Origin: Halobacteriota archaeon
GTDB taxonomy: Archaea; Halobacteriota; Syntropharchaeia; DAOWMC01
Assembly (NCBI GenBank): GCA_034190245.1
Contig: JAXHTJ010000002.1
Coordinates: forward strand, 1 to 57,254
Direction: 5' to 3'
Length of the DNA stretch: 57,254 nt
The translations under genes and the position numbers were made by a program. The notes under the pieces are model-generated. The model was not told the DNA's origin, made no database searches, and saw only the letters and a program-made list of their open reading frames with translations. Shown here piece after piece: positions 44,085 to 52,284 of this stretch (the stretch's first letter is position 1; each line of letters opens with the position of its first letter).

Positions 44085-46050
44085 GATTCTCACCTCCATC
44101 ATCTTTATTGATTGCACCAGGTAGCGATACATAGAATTTTGATCCAACACCCTCCTCCGATTCCACCCAGATCTTTCCATTATGGCGGCTCAGTATCTTT
44201 GAGACGAGGCTCAGTCCCAGACCTTCGCCTTCAGTTGCTTTTGGATCGAGACGGTGAAATATCTCGAAGATACTCTTCAGATGCTGTTCTGCGATACCAA
44301 TTCCATTATCTTCAATACAATAGATGACCTCCCCCTCCTTTCTTTCCCCTGTGATATTTATAATCCCCCGCTTCTCAGGATCACGGTACTTCAGTGCATT
44401 GTCAACAAGATTGGAGAAGACCTGGTTTATCTGCACAGCGTCACCTATGCAGGGGGGCAATTTGCTCTTCTTTATACTCACATCTGCCTCTTTGATCCTG
44501 AACTCAATGCTCTTCTCAATATCGTATACTACTTTGTCCATATCCAGATTCTCAAACTTAAGGGCTGCACGCCCCAGACGCGAAAGCCGAAGTAGTCCAC
44601 TAAGAAGTGAATCCATCTTAAGTATGCTCGTCTGAATGAACTCCATGATCTCAGGAATGTCCTCTTCGAAGATGAAGGAGAATCTCTTCTGCGCCTCCTG
44701 AGGAATCTCAACCTCCTGTAAAATACTCTTCAACTCTTCCATTGAGTAACCGAGTTCTTTGCTGAAGCCCTGGACGTTCACAAGGGGTGAGCGAAGATCA
44801 TGGGATGTGGCATAGACGATCTGTTCCAGCTCTCTGTTCTTTTCGGTAATCTCTCTACTTGCCCTTTCCAGCTCCTCCTCCGCTTTCTTGCGCCTTGTAA
44901 TGTCCCTGATAAATATAAAATCGGCAGGCATTCCTTCATATTTAATCGGCCCGACATTTACGTTTATCGTCAGGATCTTACCATCCTTTCTTATAGCCTG
45001 TGTTTCATAATAGTTCACAATGCCCTCTTTGCCCTTTCCATCTTCATAATCTTCCATATCAATCTCTTTAAAATCCGGGGAGATGTATCTCGAAAAGTCT
45101 GTTCCGATCATCTCCTCTTCATCATACCCAAACATCTGTGCCATTCTTCTATTGATAAATTTAAAAACGTTATCCTGAACGATTACAATGCCGTCATTCG
45201 CCCGCTCGATCAGATTCCTGTATTTATCCTCTGACCTCTGTAGCGCTTCCTCTGACCACTTCCGTCTGGAGATATCCGATACGAAGCCTTCCAAAGCCTC
45301 AAGCTCTCCTTCGGAAGAGTAGACTCCGGACCCTTTTTCCCAGACCCATTTCACTTCGCCGCTTGTGGCATTGATACGATATATGATCTCATACGGCCGT
45401 CTCTCTTCCACTGCCGAGTTGATCTCATAAAGGACCATCTCACGATCTTCCTCATGAATAAACTGTAGATAAGAGATCCCTCCCAGATCAGAGAGCTGGT
45501 ATCCTGTTAGCCTTATACTGCCCTCGCTTGCAAATAAAATAGTCCTATCTTCGTCGTTTAGAGACCGGTATGCCATGCCAGGAAGGTGCTTCATCAAGTT
45601 GGAGATGGATCGTTGACTTTCGTGTAATCTGGCCTCGGTTTTGGCCAATTGCATCTCGGTTTTTATCTGTTCAGCCACGCGACCCACAACCCGGGGCAAG
45701 AATTCGACAAAACCTGTATCCTTTATAATGTAGTCACGGGCACCAAGCTTCATCATCTCCACCGCAATCTTTTCCCCACCCTGCCCTGTCATTATAACGA
45801 ATGGAACTGTATGTCCTGTTTCGATAAGTTCCTCAACGACTTCTTTTCCTGTCATATCAGGTAAGCCGTAATCCAGCAGGAGCAGGTTCAAGTGGCTACT
45901 GTTAACCTTTTCAATAGCCTCGGCGCCATCTCGTGCGGTTTCAGTCTGATAACCGATCCTCACAAGGTTCTTTTTGATAAGGTGACTTAACTTTTCATCG
46001 TCTTCTACAATAAGAATGCAATCTCCCGTAATTGTGGTTGTTTCACTCAT
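44077..46050 (-). CDS. Hybrid sensor histidine kinase (REC-PAS-PAS-HisKA-HATPase)
   Basis: ILIVEDDEK, LLLDYGLPDM, two PAS domains, the H-box TSHDLRSPL, the N-box FSNLVDNALKY, and DNGIGIA...GEGLGLS. Confidence 0.85.
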   Translation of the reverse strand: MSETTTITGDCILIVEDDEKLSHLIKKNLVRIGYQTETARDGAEAIEKVNSSHLNLLLLDYGLPDMTGKEVVEELIETGHTVPFVIMTGQGGEKIAVEMMKLGARDYIIKDTGFVEFLPRVVGRVAEQIKTEMQLAKTEARLHESQRSISNLMKHLPGMAYRSLNDEDRTILFASEGSIRLTGYQLSDLGGISYLQFIHEEDREMVLYEINSAVEERRPYEIIYRINATSGEVKWVWEKGSGVYSSEGELEALEGFVSDISRRKWSEEALQRSEDKYRNLIERANDGIVIVQDNVFKFINRRMAQMFGYDEEEMIGTDFSRYISPDFKEIDMEDYEDGKGKEGIVNYYETQAIRKDGKILTINVNVGPIKYEGMPADFIFIRDITRRKKAEEELERASREITEKNRELEQIVYATSHDLRSPLVNVQGFSKELGYSMEELKSILQEVEIPQEAQKRFSFIFEEDIPEIMEFIQTSILKMDSLLSGLLRLSRLGRAALKFENLDMDKVVYDIEKSIEFRIKEADVSIKKSKLPPCIGDAVQINQVFSNLVDNALKYRDPEKRGIINITGERKEGEVIYCIEDNGIGIAEQHLKSIFEIFHRLDPKATEGEGLGLSLVSKILSRHNGKIWVESEEGVGSKFYVSLPGAINKDDGGENHE

Positions 46051-46051
46051 A

Positions 46052-46507
46052 TCAAGCTTCTTCGCCGATTACTGGCACTTTTACAACAGAAAGGAAGAGT
46101 CCAAGTTGTCTGATGGTCTCTACAAACCTATCGTAGTCGATGGGTTTGGTGATGTAGTTGCTGCAGCCAAGTTCATGACAACGTTCGATCTCCCTTGGAT
46201 CATCCGTTGTCGTTAACATCGTCACAGGTATCTTCTTCAGTTCATCATCTGATTTAATCTGCCTCAGGACTTCGGTGCCATCGATTTTGGGCATCCTGAT
46301 GTCCAGAAGCAAGAGGTAAGACACCCCATCTACACGATGAGGCAGATCTCCTCTTTTAAAGAGGAAGTTCAATACTTCCTCTCCATCCTTGAAATGGATG
46401 ATTTGATTGGTTATGCCTGACCGCTTGAGGTTCTTCTTTATCAGTGAGGCATGTCCCATATCGTCCTCTGCTATCAGTATAATGATTTCGTCACTCGTGA
46501 TTCTCAC
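46052..46507 (-). CDS. Single-domain response regulator (Rcp1-like)
   Basis: IIILIAEDDMGH, LLLLDIRMPKIDG, LTTTDDP, and KPIDY. Its stop is 1 nt from the start of the downstream kinase. Confidence 0.85.
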   Translation of the reverse strand: MRITSDEIIILIAEDDMGHASLIKKNLKRSGITNQIIHFKDGEEVLNFLFKRGDLPHRVDGVSYLLLLDIRMPKIDGTEVLRQIKSDDELKKIPVTMLTTTDDPREIERCHELGCSNYITKPIDYDRFVETIRQLGLFLSVVKVPVIGEEA

Positions 46508-46553
46508 CCCCCTCGTTTTATCTTCTATTATTCCAAATCACTGCTTTGACGAC

Positions 46554-46934
46554 TTAATTCGCCTCATTCAGACCTTTTCCTCGTGGAGGATTTTTCCCTA
46601 TTTGAGAGTAATAGCCATACTTTCGTTCAAAAAGAACGGTCCTATTCAGGTAAGCAAGAGTAGCAAGAGCAGCAGTCACAAGACCAACAATCAAATAAGC
46701 AGGTAAAATCGGGATCCCAACTGCAATAACAGCAAGACCCACAAGCAGGCTGTCAATGGCGGTACCCAGTGCCATTAGATCAAGAACGGCATAAGAAGAA
46801 TCAAGAGTGTATCTATCACCCAATCCGGAGGAAGGGGAAACCCATAAACTCCTGATGCCGATAATAAGAAATAATGCGGAAACAAGATGAAAAGCATTAT
46901 CAGAAAGCCAGCTGATAGGAATGATCGAACTCAC
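46554..46934 (-). CDS. Small integral membrane protein, function unknown
   Basis: 126 aa with 3-4 hydrophobic helices. It has a GTG start preceded by GAGAGGAGTGG, 13 nt after the sORF stop. Confidence 0.5.
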   Translation of the reverse strand: MSSIIPISWLSDNAFHLVSALFLIIGIRSLWVSPSSGLGDRYTLDSSYAVLDLMALGTAIDSLLVGLAVIAVGIPILPAYLIVGLVTAALATLAYLNRTVLFERKYGYYSQIGKNPPRGKGLNEAN

Positions 46935-46947
46935 GCCGCCACTCCTC

Positions 46948-47088
46948 TCAAGCAGCCATTCTATTCATTACAAAAAATGCCTCGGGCCACTTGTGCATCG
47001 TTTCTAATCTTTCATATTCAGCCATCAACTGCCGCATCTTCATTAATTCACTTATTAGCTGAACCTTTCTTATAGATTCATTGTCCAT
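46948..47088 (-). CDS. Unannotated small ORF (46 aa), paralog of the sORF at 23769..23894
   Basis: Hand translation gives MDNESIRKVQLISELMKMRQLMAEYERLETMHKWPEAFFVMNRMAA. GAGGGGAT lies 3-4 nt upstream of the ATG, and the shared promoter motif lies about 60-100 nt upstream. Confidence 0.4.
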   Translation of the reverse strand: MDNESIRKVQLISELMKMRQLMAEYERLETMHKWPEAFFVMNRMAA

Positions 47089-47147
47089 CAAATCCCCTCA
47101 GTTCTATATCAGCAGGGTTCACTTTTTTTTAAAATAACCCCTTAATA

Positions 47148-47186
47148 ATACGTGATTTCATGAACATATATATAATATTTTTGCAC
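47148..47186 (-). promoter_or_regulatory. Shared promoter-like motif, copy B
   Basis: The minus strand reads GTGCAAAAATATTATATATATGTTCATGAAATCACGTAT. The AAATCACGTAT 11-mer is identical to the plus-strand copy at 29876-29886. Confidence 0.35.
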
Positions 47187-47360
47187 ATATCCCTGAATAT
47201 TGTGGCTATAGTATCTGTTGTATCTGCCAATTATATCAGAAAATTTAGAAAAAGTGGGGAAGCAGCCTCTTCTGTCAACAATTCAGTGATTAATTTGAGA
47301 GGCAGGAGGACATTCAGCCGGATCTCCTGTTTTATTTTAAAAGAGTCGTTCTACCCATCA

Positions 47361-48086
47361 TCAACTCTGTAATTCTGAACTATGTGCCTCGATTAAGGCT
47401 TTCCTCTGGTGCTCGTATATCTGTTTACACCCTGCGATTGCCATCGACAGCCCCTTCTTGAACTCCTCTAATGTCAAGTGCCCGTCCATCTGCAACATGG
47501 TGATTTGACTGTTCCTCGGCGTTATTGAGATCGGCATGTCTGCCTGTCCATAATTGTCTTCTTCCTTCATCAGGTCCAGCACAAGGGTATCATCCACTTT
47601 TCCAACAGCGCACGATGAAACCAGATCCTTCATAGGTATACCAGCGTCTGCCAAAGCTACTGATGCAGCATTAATTCCCGCTGTTCTTGTTCCTGCATCT
47701 GCTTGCAGTATCTCAACAAAGACATCGATTACAGATTTTGGAAAATACTCCTTCAAGATTACAGGTTCTATCGCTTCCCTGCTTACTTTGGAGACCTCGA
47801 CACTTCTTCTATCAGGTCCGGGCCTCTTTCGGTCCTCCACAGAGAAAGAAGCCATATTATACCTGTATCGAATTACCGCCTGTGTTGCCTGTTGAAGATG
47901 CCGCGGGTGAACTTCCCGTGGGCCATATACAGCAGCCATAACTCTATTACCACCAAGTTCAAGATAACACGACCCATCAGCCCTCTTTAAAACTCCGGCT
48001 TCTATCTTTATCGGTCTTAATTCATCTACTTTTCTTCCATCCAATCTCTTTCCATCAATAATAAGTTTATCTGGTACTTCATTCAT
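47361..48086 (-). CDS. rrp41: Exosome complex exonuclease Rrp41 (RNase PH-like)
   Basis: [45 protein letters not shown] and DAGTRTA. Confidence 0.9.
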   Translation of the reverse strand: MNEVPDKLIIDGKRLDGRKVDELRPIKIEAGVLKRADGSCYLELGGNRVMAAVYGPREVHPRHLQQATQAVIRYRYNMASFSVEDRKRPGPDRRSVEVSKVSREAIEPVILKEYFPKSVIDVFVEILQADAGTRTAGINAASVALADAGIPMKDLVSSCAVGKVDDTLVLDLMKEEDNYGQADMPISITPRNSQITMLQMDGHLTLEEFKKGLSMAIAGCKQIYEHQRKALIEAHSSELQS

Positions 48087-48089
48087 CTT

Positions 48090-48755
48090 TTACTCTCCTC
48101 TTCCTTCTTTTATAAATTCTGCTATCCTATCTGTTAACCCAGATGTATGTGCTTCTTTCTCAATCTTTGTTATCGTTTTTAGTGCAAGGGCCATCTTATC
48201 CTCGTCACCATTAACCCATATCTTGCCGTTTTGCCCAACGAATATTGAGCATTGGCATTCCTTCTTTACCATATTGATCATCGATCCCGATCTCCCTATA
48301 AGCCTTGGAATCTTTGAATGCACAATCTCGATAACTCTTCCATTTCTTAAAACCCCGAGATTTACACCATCCAGTGTCAATTCTACCTTCATTGCCGGAT
48401 CAACATCTTTAACTCTTGCGATTATCAGATCCCCGATCCGTAAGTATTTACCTAACTCACCAAAGCCTATCCTCTCCGGGTGTTCAGATACGTGCAAGAG
48501 TGCTTCGTACGGCGAATTGATATCAACAATCCAGTTTGAGTATGTGATATCCATAATAACCCCAACAACTATATCATTACGACTGGGAACATATTTACCT
48601 CCAAGTGGGAGTATCTTTAACTTATCACGGACATCCATTACTACACCGTACTTCATTGCATACACTTTTCCATCTTCAACATACGTCCCTTCACCAGATA
48701 CATTAGGGTCGTCTGAGAGTAGATCTCCAGGTACTGCGATCTTTTTTTCTATCAT
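48090..48755 (-). CDS. rrp4: Exosome RNA-binding subunit Rrp4 (S1 + KH)
   Basis: PGD N-terminus, an S1-like core (YVPSRNDIVVGVI...WIVDI), and a KH domain (IPRLIGRSGSMINMV). Confidence 0.9.
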   Translation of the reverse strand: MIEKKIAVPGDLLSDDPNVSGEGTYVEDGKVYAMKYGVVMDVRDKLKILPLGGKYVPSRNDIVVGVIMDITYSNWIVDINSPYEALLHVSEHPERIGFGELGKYLRIGDLIIARVKDVDPAMKVELTLDGVNLGVLRNGRVIEIVHSKIPRLIGRSGSMINMVKKECQCSIFVGQNGKIWVNGDEDKMALALKTITKIEKEAHTSGLTDRIAEFIKEGRGE

Positions 48756-49457
48756 TTAAATCTCCTCTTTCAGCAATCTCGTTTCCGCATCACCCTTCGT
48801 GAGGTGGTTTATCAGATTGTACAGTTCGTCCTGAAGCCCTGCAGGAATCTTGATGACACCTATCCATGATCCATCATTCTGCCATTCTTCTTTTACAACT
48901 TGTCCGAAACCTCGTAAGTCTCCGTAGGACTTGGCAGCATAATCAGCAGGTACTTTAACGGCGATCTTAACTTCCTCGAATCGTATTGGGATGAGGGGGC
49001 GAATCTTCTTCATCACCTCACTAACAACATCCTCCGAGCTTTTGAATATGTCAATATGAACACCGGCTTCATCAATCGCTCTCTCGATTCTTGATGGTGG
49101 GTGTGGTGTGTTGGTCTGTGGATTTATTGCATTTGTTGCGATTATATCAACAACCTTCTTCTTCTTTTGCTCCTGTATCTTTCTCCTCTGCTCTGTCGTT
49201 AGCTGTATCTCTCCAGTCTCAATGATATTCTTTGCGATATCAAGTATGTCTTTGGTGCCAAAAGCTTTGAGGAGATCTTCCTCCGCGACTCTATCGCCCT
49301 TGTGGGCATCCTCAAAAACGTCTTCAACGGCTAAAATATCTTCAATATTGACCTCATCACCCTTCTTTAAAGCCAACGCACCGTCTGGATCAACTAAAAT
49401 CTCGAATCTTCCTCCTCTTTTAAGCCTGGCAATTACTGCGTCGTCAAGAGTGCTCAT
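48756..49457 (-). CDS. SBDS-family ribosome maturation protein
   Basis: The N-terminal FYSH domain reads ARLKRGGRFEILVDPDGAL. The length (233 aa) and the position between psmA and rrp4 match the archaeal exosome superoperon. Confidence 0.9.
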   Translation of the reverse strand: MSTLDDAVIARLKRGGRFEILVDPDGALALKKGDEVNIEDILAVEDVFEDAHKGDRVAEEDLLKAFGTKDILDIAKNIIETGEIQLTTEQRRKIQEQKKKKVVDIIATNAINPQTNTPHPPSRIERAIDEAGVHIDIFKSSEDVVSEVMKKIRPLIPIRFEEVKIAVKVPADYAAKSYGDLRGFGQVVKEEWQNDGSWIGVIKIPAGLQDELYNLINHLTKGDAETRLLKEEI

Positions 49458-49462
49458 AAAAA

Positions 49463-50215
49463 TTATTCTTTTTTCTCTTCAGAGGCGTGGTTTTCTTTAA
49501 TCTTATTTACGTAACCTTCCAGTTCTTCCTGTCCGATCCGTCTGAACTTCTTTGACTCCGACTCCACAACACCGATCTCGATTGTCGAGGCATCAAACTT
49601 TCCCTCTGTAGCTTTGTAAACAGCCTCCAGCCCCAGCAATATTGCACCTTCGAGATCGAGATCATAATCGTACTTCTCCTCAAATACCTCCATCACTGCC
49701 GGTCTGCCTGCTCCGATACCGGTTGCTTTGTACTCAAGTAAAGCCCCACTTGGATCGGTCTCAAAGAGTCGGATCTTTTCGTCATCGACACCGGCAATTA
49801 AAAGAGCAGTACCAAATGGCCTGACTCCACCATACTGAGTATACTGCTGTTTGTGATCACAGATCTTCTTTGCCAGCGTTTCCACGCCGATCGATTCATC
49901 ATAATAAATTCTATTTACCTGTGCATCTACCCTGGCTAGATCGACCAGTGACCTTGCATCGGCTACCAAACCTGACGTTGCAACTCCTATATGATCATCA
50001 ATCTGGAAGATCTTCTCTACTGACGATGCTTCCAATAATCGAGAAGCCACTCTCTTATCCACTGAAAGAACAACACCATCCTTACATTTTATACCAATAG
50101 CCGTCGTTCCTCTCTTAACGGCTTCTCTTGCATATTCTACCTGAAATAGTCTACCATCAGGGCTAAATACAGTAATTGCCCTGTCATACGCCATCTGAGG
50201 CGCCATTTGCTGCAT
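49463..50215 (-). CDS. psmA: Proteasome subunit alpha
   Basis: [34 protein letters not shown]. Confidence 0.92.
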   Translation of the reverse strand: MQQMAPQMAYDRAITVFSPDGRLFQVEYAREAVKRGTTAIGIKCKDGVVLSVDKRVASRLLEASSVEKIFQIDDHIGVATSGLVADARSLVDLARVDAQVNRIYYDESIGVETLAKKICDHKQQYTQYGGVRPFGTALLIAGVDDEKIRLFETDPSGALLEYKATGIGAGRPAVMEVFEEKYDYDLDLEGAILLGLEAVYKATEGKFDASTIEIGVVESESKKFRRIGQEELEGYVNKIKENHASEEKKE

Positions 50216-50341
50216 AAATCTTTTCCTCCTTCTCCCTTTCCATAGCTTTAAGTATTATGTGGACAATTCACCCTACATAGGTATAAAGTTTGTCATCGTA
50301 CTTATTTATGCTTAATAAAAAGAAGAAGGGAGAGTTATAGA

Positions 50342-50710
50342 ATGGAACAAGTATCACCGCAGGTTCAGAATCAGATAGCGCAGTTGCAGCAGGTTCAACA
50401 ACAGGGACAGGCATTGGCTGCACAAAAATCACAGGTGGAGATGGCACTAAGAGAGGTTGAGCTGGCACTGGAAGAGATTGTAAAATTGGGTGATGAATCG
50501 GCAATATACCGAACTGTAGGCGGTCTTTTCATCAAGTCTGATAAGAATGAAGTGACTGAAGATCTGTCTGACAAGAAGGAAACCTTCGCTCTTAGATTGA
50601 AGACACTTGAAAGGCAAGAGGAACGTATACAAAAACGTTTTCAACAGTTACAGCAGCAGATACAAGCGGCACTTAGTGGCAGCGGCACCGAACAGATGGC
50701 TGCCGAATAG
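50342..50710 (+). CDS. pfdB: Prefoldin beta subunit
   Basis: 122 aa with a coiled coil, hairpin, coiled coil arrangement (QNQIAQLQQVQQQ...AIYRTVGGLFIK...LERQEERIQKRFQQLQ). Confidence 0.85.
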   Translation: MEQVSPQVQNQIAQLQQVQQQGQALAAQKSQVEMALREVELALEEIVKLGDESAIYRTVGGLFIKSDKNEVTEDLSDKKETFALRLKTLERQEERIQKRFQQLQQQIQAALSGSGTEQMAAE

Positions 50711-50753
50711 GAGATACACTTAAATAACTTACCTGGCAAACAGATATTATATT

Positions 50754-51059
50754 ATGCGAGTACCGGTTCCTGTTAAAGTACTCAATTGCTTGAATGTGAG
50801 TAAGAGAAGATTGACTGCAGAGGAGATTGCTGATACGCTCAACGAGGATATCGAGGTTGTGAATAATGCTCTTTCTGAATTTGTTGAACGGGGTCTTTTG
50901 ATAAAAGAAGGGGACCACTATCAGCTTAATCTGGAATTTGAAACTGTAAATGAGAAGATACTGGACATATATAGAATAATGTATTCCGGAACTGAAAAAG
51001 ATCTATACTGGAGACAAACTGGACTACATTCCGGTTCTACGCCTTTATACATAATGTGA
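50754..51059 (+). CDS. Small winged-helix DNA-binding-like protein
   Basis: VLNCLNVSKRRLTAEEIADTLNEDIEVVNNALSEFVERGLLIKEGDHYQL fits a wHTH pattern. I recognise no specific family. Confidence 0.45.
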   Translation: MRVPVPVKVLNCLNVSKRRLTAEEIADTLNEDIEVVNNALSEFVERGLLIKEGDHYQLNLEFETVNEKILDIYRIMYSGTEKDLYWRQTGLHSGSTPLYIM

Positions 51060-51068
51060 AAAGGACAC

Positions 51069-52271
51069 TTAAGCCTTCTGTTTATTTATGTAATCCACGG
51101 CTTTCTTTAGTCCATTCAGTGTCAGATCTTCCATATGGAAGATCTTACCGATTGCACTTATGGTCTCATTACCGTATGCTTCAGCCCAGTAGCTCTTACT
51201 TATTGGGTTGAGCCAGACACTGTATTTGAAGCGACTGCTTATACGCTTCAGCCACACCTCCCCAGGTTCCTCGTCATTGACACCGTATTCTATGGAACCT
51301 TGAGGGTAGAACAGCTCCTCAGGGGCCATCGAAGCATCCCCGATTATAAGAACTCTTGTATCGGGATCCTGTTTCAGTAGCATCTCTGTGGGATATTTTT
51401 CCGTCCTCGTCATATTGGAGAATAGATTACCGTAAATGCAATTTCTATAATAGTATGTGGAGAGATCCTTGAAGCGATCTTTTATCTTTGAGAAGACAAG
51501 GCTGACCAGAGCCGCAAAAGGATCCATTGAGTACCCTCCATTATCTACGAGTAAGATTACTTTAATCTTGTCTCTAAGCTCGGGCTTGAAGATAAACTCG
51601 ATCTCACCTGCGTTCTTTGCGGTTCTATGGACCGTCTCATCAAGGTCCAGATCAGTCTTTGGTCCTGCAGGAACCATGTTCTTAAAGGTCTCTAGGGCCT
51701 GTCTGAGGTTCTCAGCCCTGATCTTAGCAGTGTCAGAGTAGTTTATGTATCTTCTCTCACCGATGGTCTTCAATGCAGACTTTCTTGTGGAAGGACCTAT
51801 CCTGAGGCCACCGCGACTCTTTCCTGAGTGACCGTAAGGTGATCTGCCTTCTGTGCCTATCCACTTATTTCCACCATGATGTGCTTCGTTTTGTTCCGCC
51901 AGTGTCTTCAAAAACTTCTGAAAGAGCTCCTGTGGAGGTATTCTCCATCTGACATCCCCAAAATTAAGTTTCCCTTCTTTAATCTGTCTATCGAGCCACT
52001 CTTTGAACGGTTTGCTCTCAAGTAAAGTGAAAAGATCTGTGTATTCTCCTGCCCTAGGCATCTCGATTCCAAAAAAATATTCCGAGAATGCACACTCAAA
52101 TCCGTCCATGTGCTCCAATCTCTTGACACATATAAGTCTGAGCAGATTGTACAGGTCATTGACATCCTCTGCCAGACCCTTATCCAGAGCCTCCTGCAGC
52201 TCAAGGATATACTGCGTCGTTATCGGAACCCCATATTTCTTGAGTGTGTAAAAGAAATCGACGAATAACAT
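51069..52271 (-). CDS. VWA domain protein, CoxE-like
   Basis: The N-terminus (FVDFFYTLKKYGVPITTQYILELQEAL) is typical of CoxE-like VWA proteins. The C-terminal VWA-like part reads VILLVDNGGYSM and LIIGDASM. Confidence 0.7.
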   Translation of the reverse strand: MLFVDFFYTLKKYGVPITTQYILELQEALDKGLAEDVNDLYNLLRLICVKRLEHMDGFECAFSEYFFGIEMPRAGEYTDLFTLLESKPFKEWLDRQIKEGKLNFGDVRWRIPPQELFQKFLKTLAEQNEAHHGGNKWIGTEGRSPYGHSGKSRGGLRIGPSTRKSALKTIGERRYINYSDTAKIRAENLRQALETFKNMVPAGPKTDLDLDETVHRTAKNAGEIEFIFKPELRDKIKVILLVDNGGYSMDPFAALVSLVFSKIKDRFKDLSTYYYRNCIYGNLFSNMTRTEKYPTEMLLKQDPDTRVLIIGDASMAPEELFYPQGSIEYGVNDEEPGEVWLKRISSRFKYSVWLNPISKSYWAEAYGNETISAIGKIFHMEDLTLNGLKKAVDYINKQKA

Positions 52272-52284
52272 CCTTCTTCACTGG

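Noticed and set aside
44085-44180. N-terminal extension of ORF 43635..44180 (MERSGWNRRR...).
   Set aside because: It overlaps the 3' end of the kinase gene. The paralogous receiver at 46052-46507 aligns from MNSRIVILIADDD, so the start is at 44084.
42567-46507. Interpretation as a chemotaxis operon.
   Set aside because: Only CheC-like and CheY-like genes are present. No CheA, CheW, MCP, CheR, CheB, CheD or CheF is in the window.
47155-47162. Perfect 8-bp palindrome TTCATGAA inside motif copy B, a possible operator half-site pair.
   Set aside because: The palindrome is not conserved in copies A (TT-ATGAA), C (TCCATGAC) or D, so it is probably incidental. The conserved part is AAATCNCGTAT.
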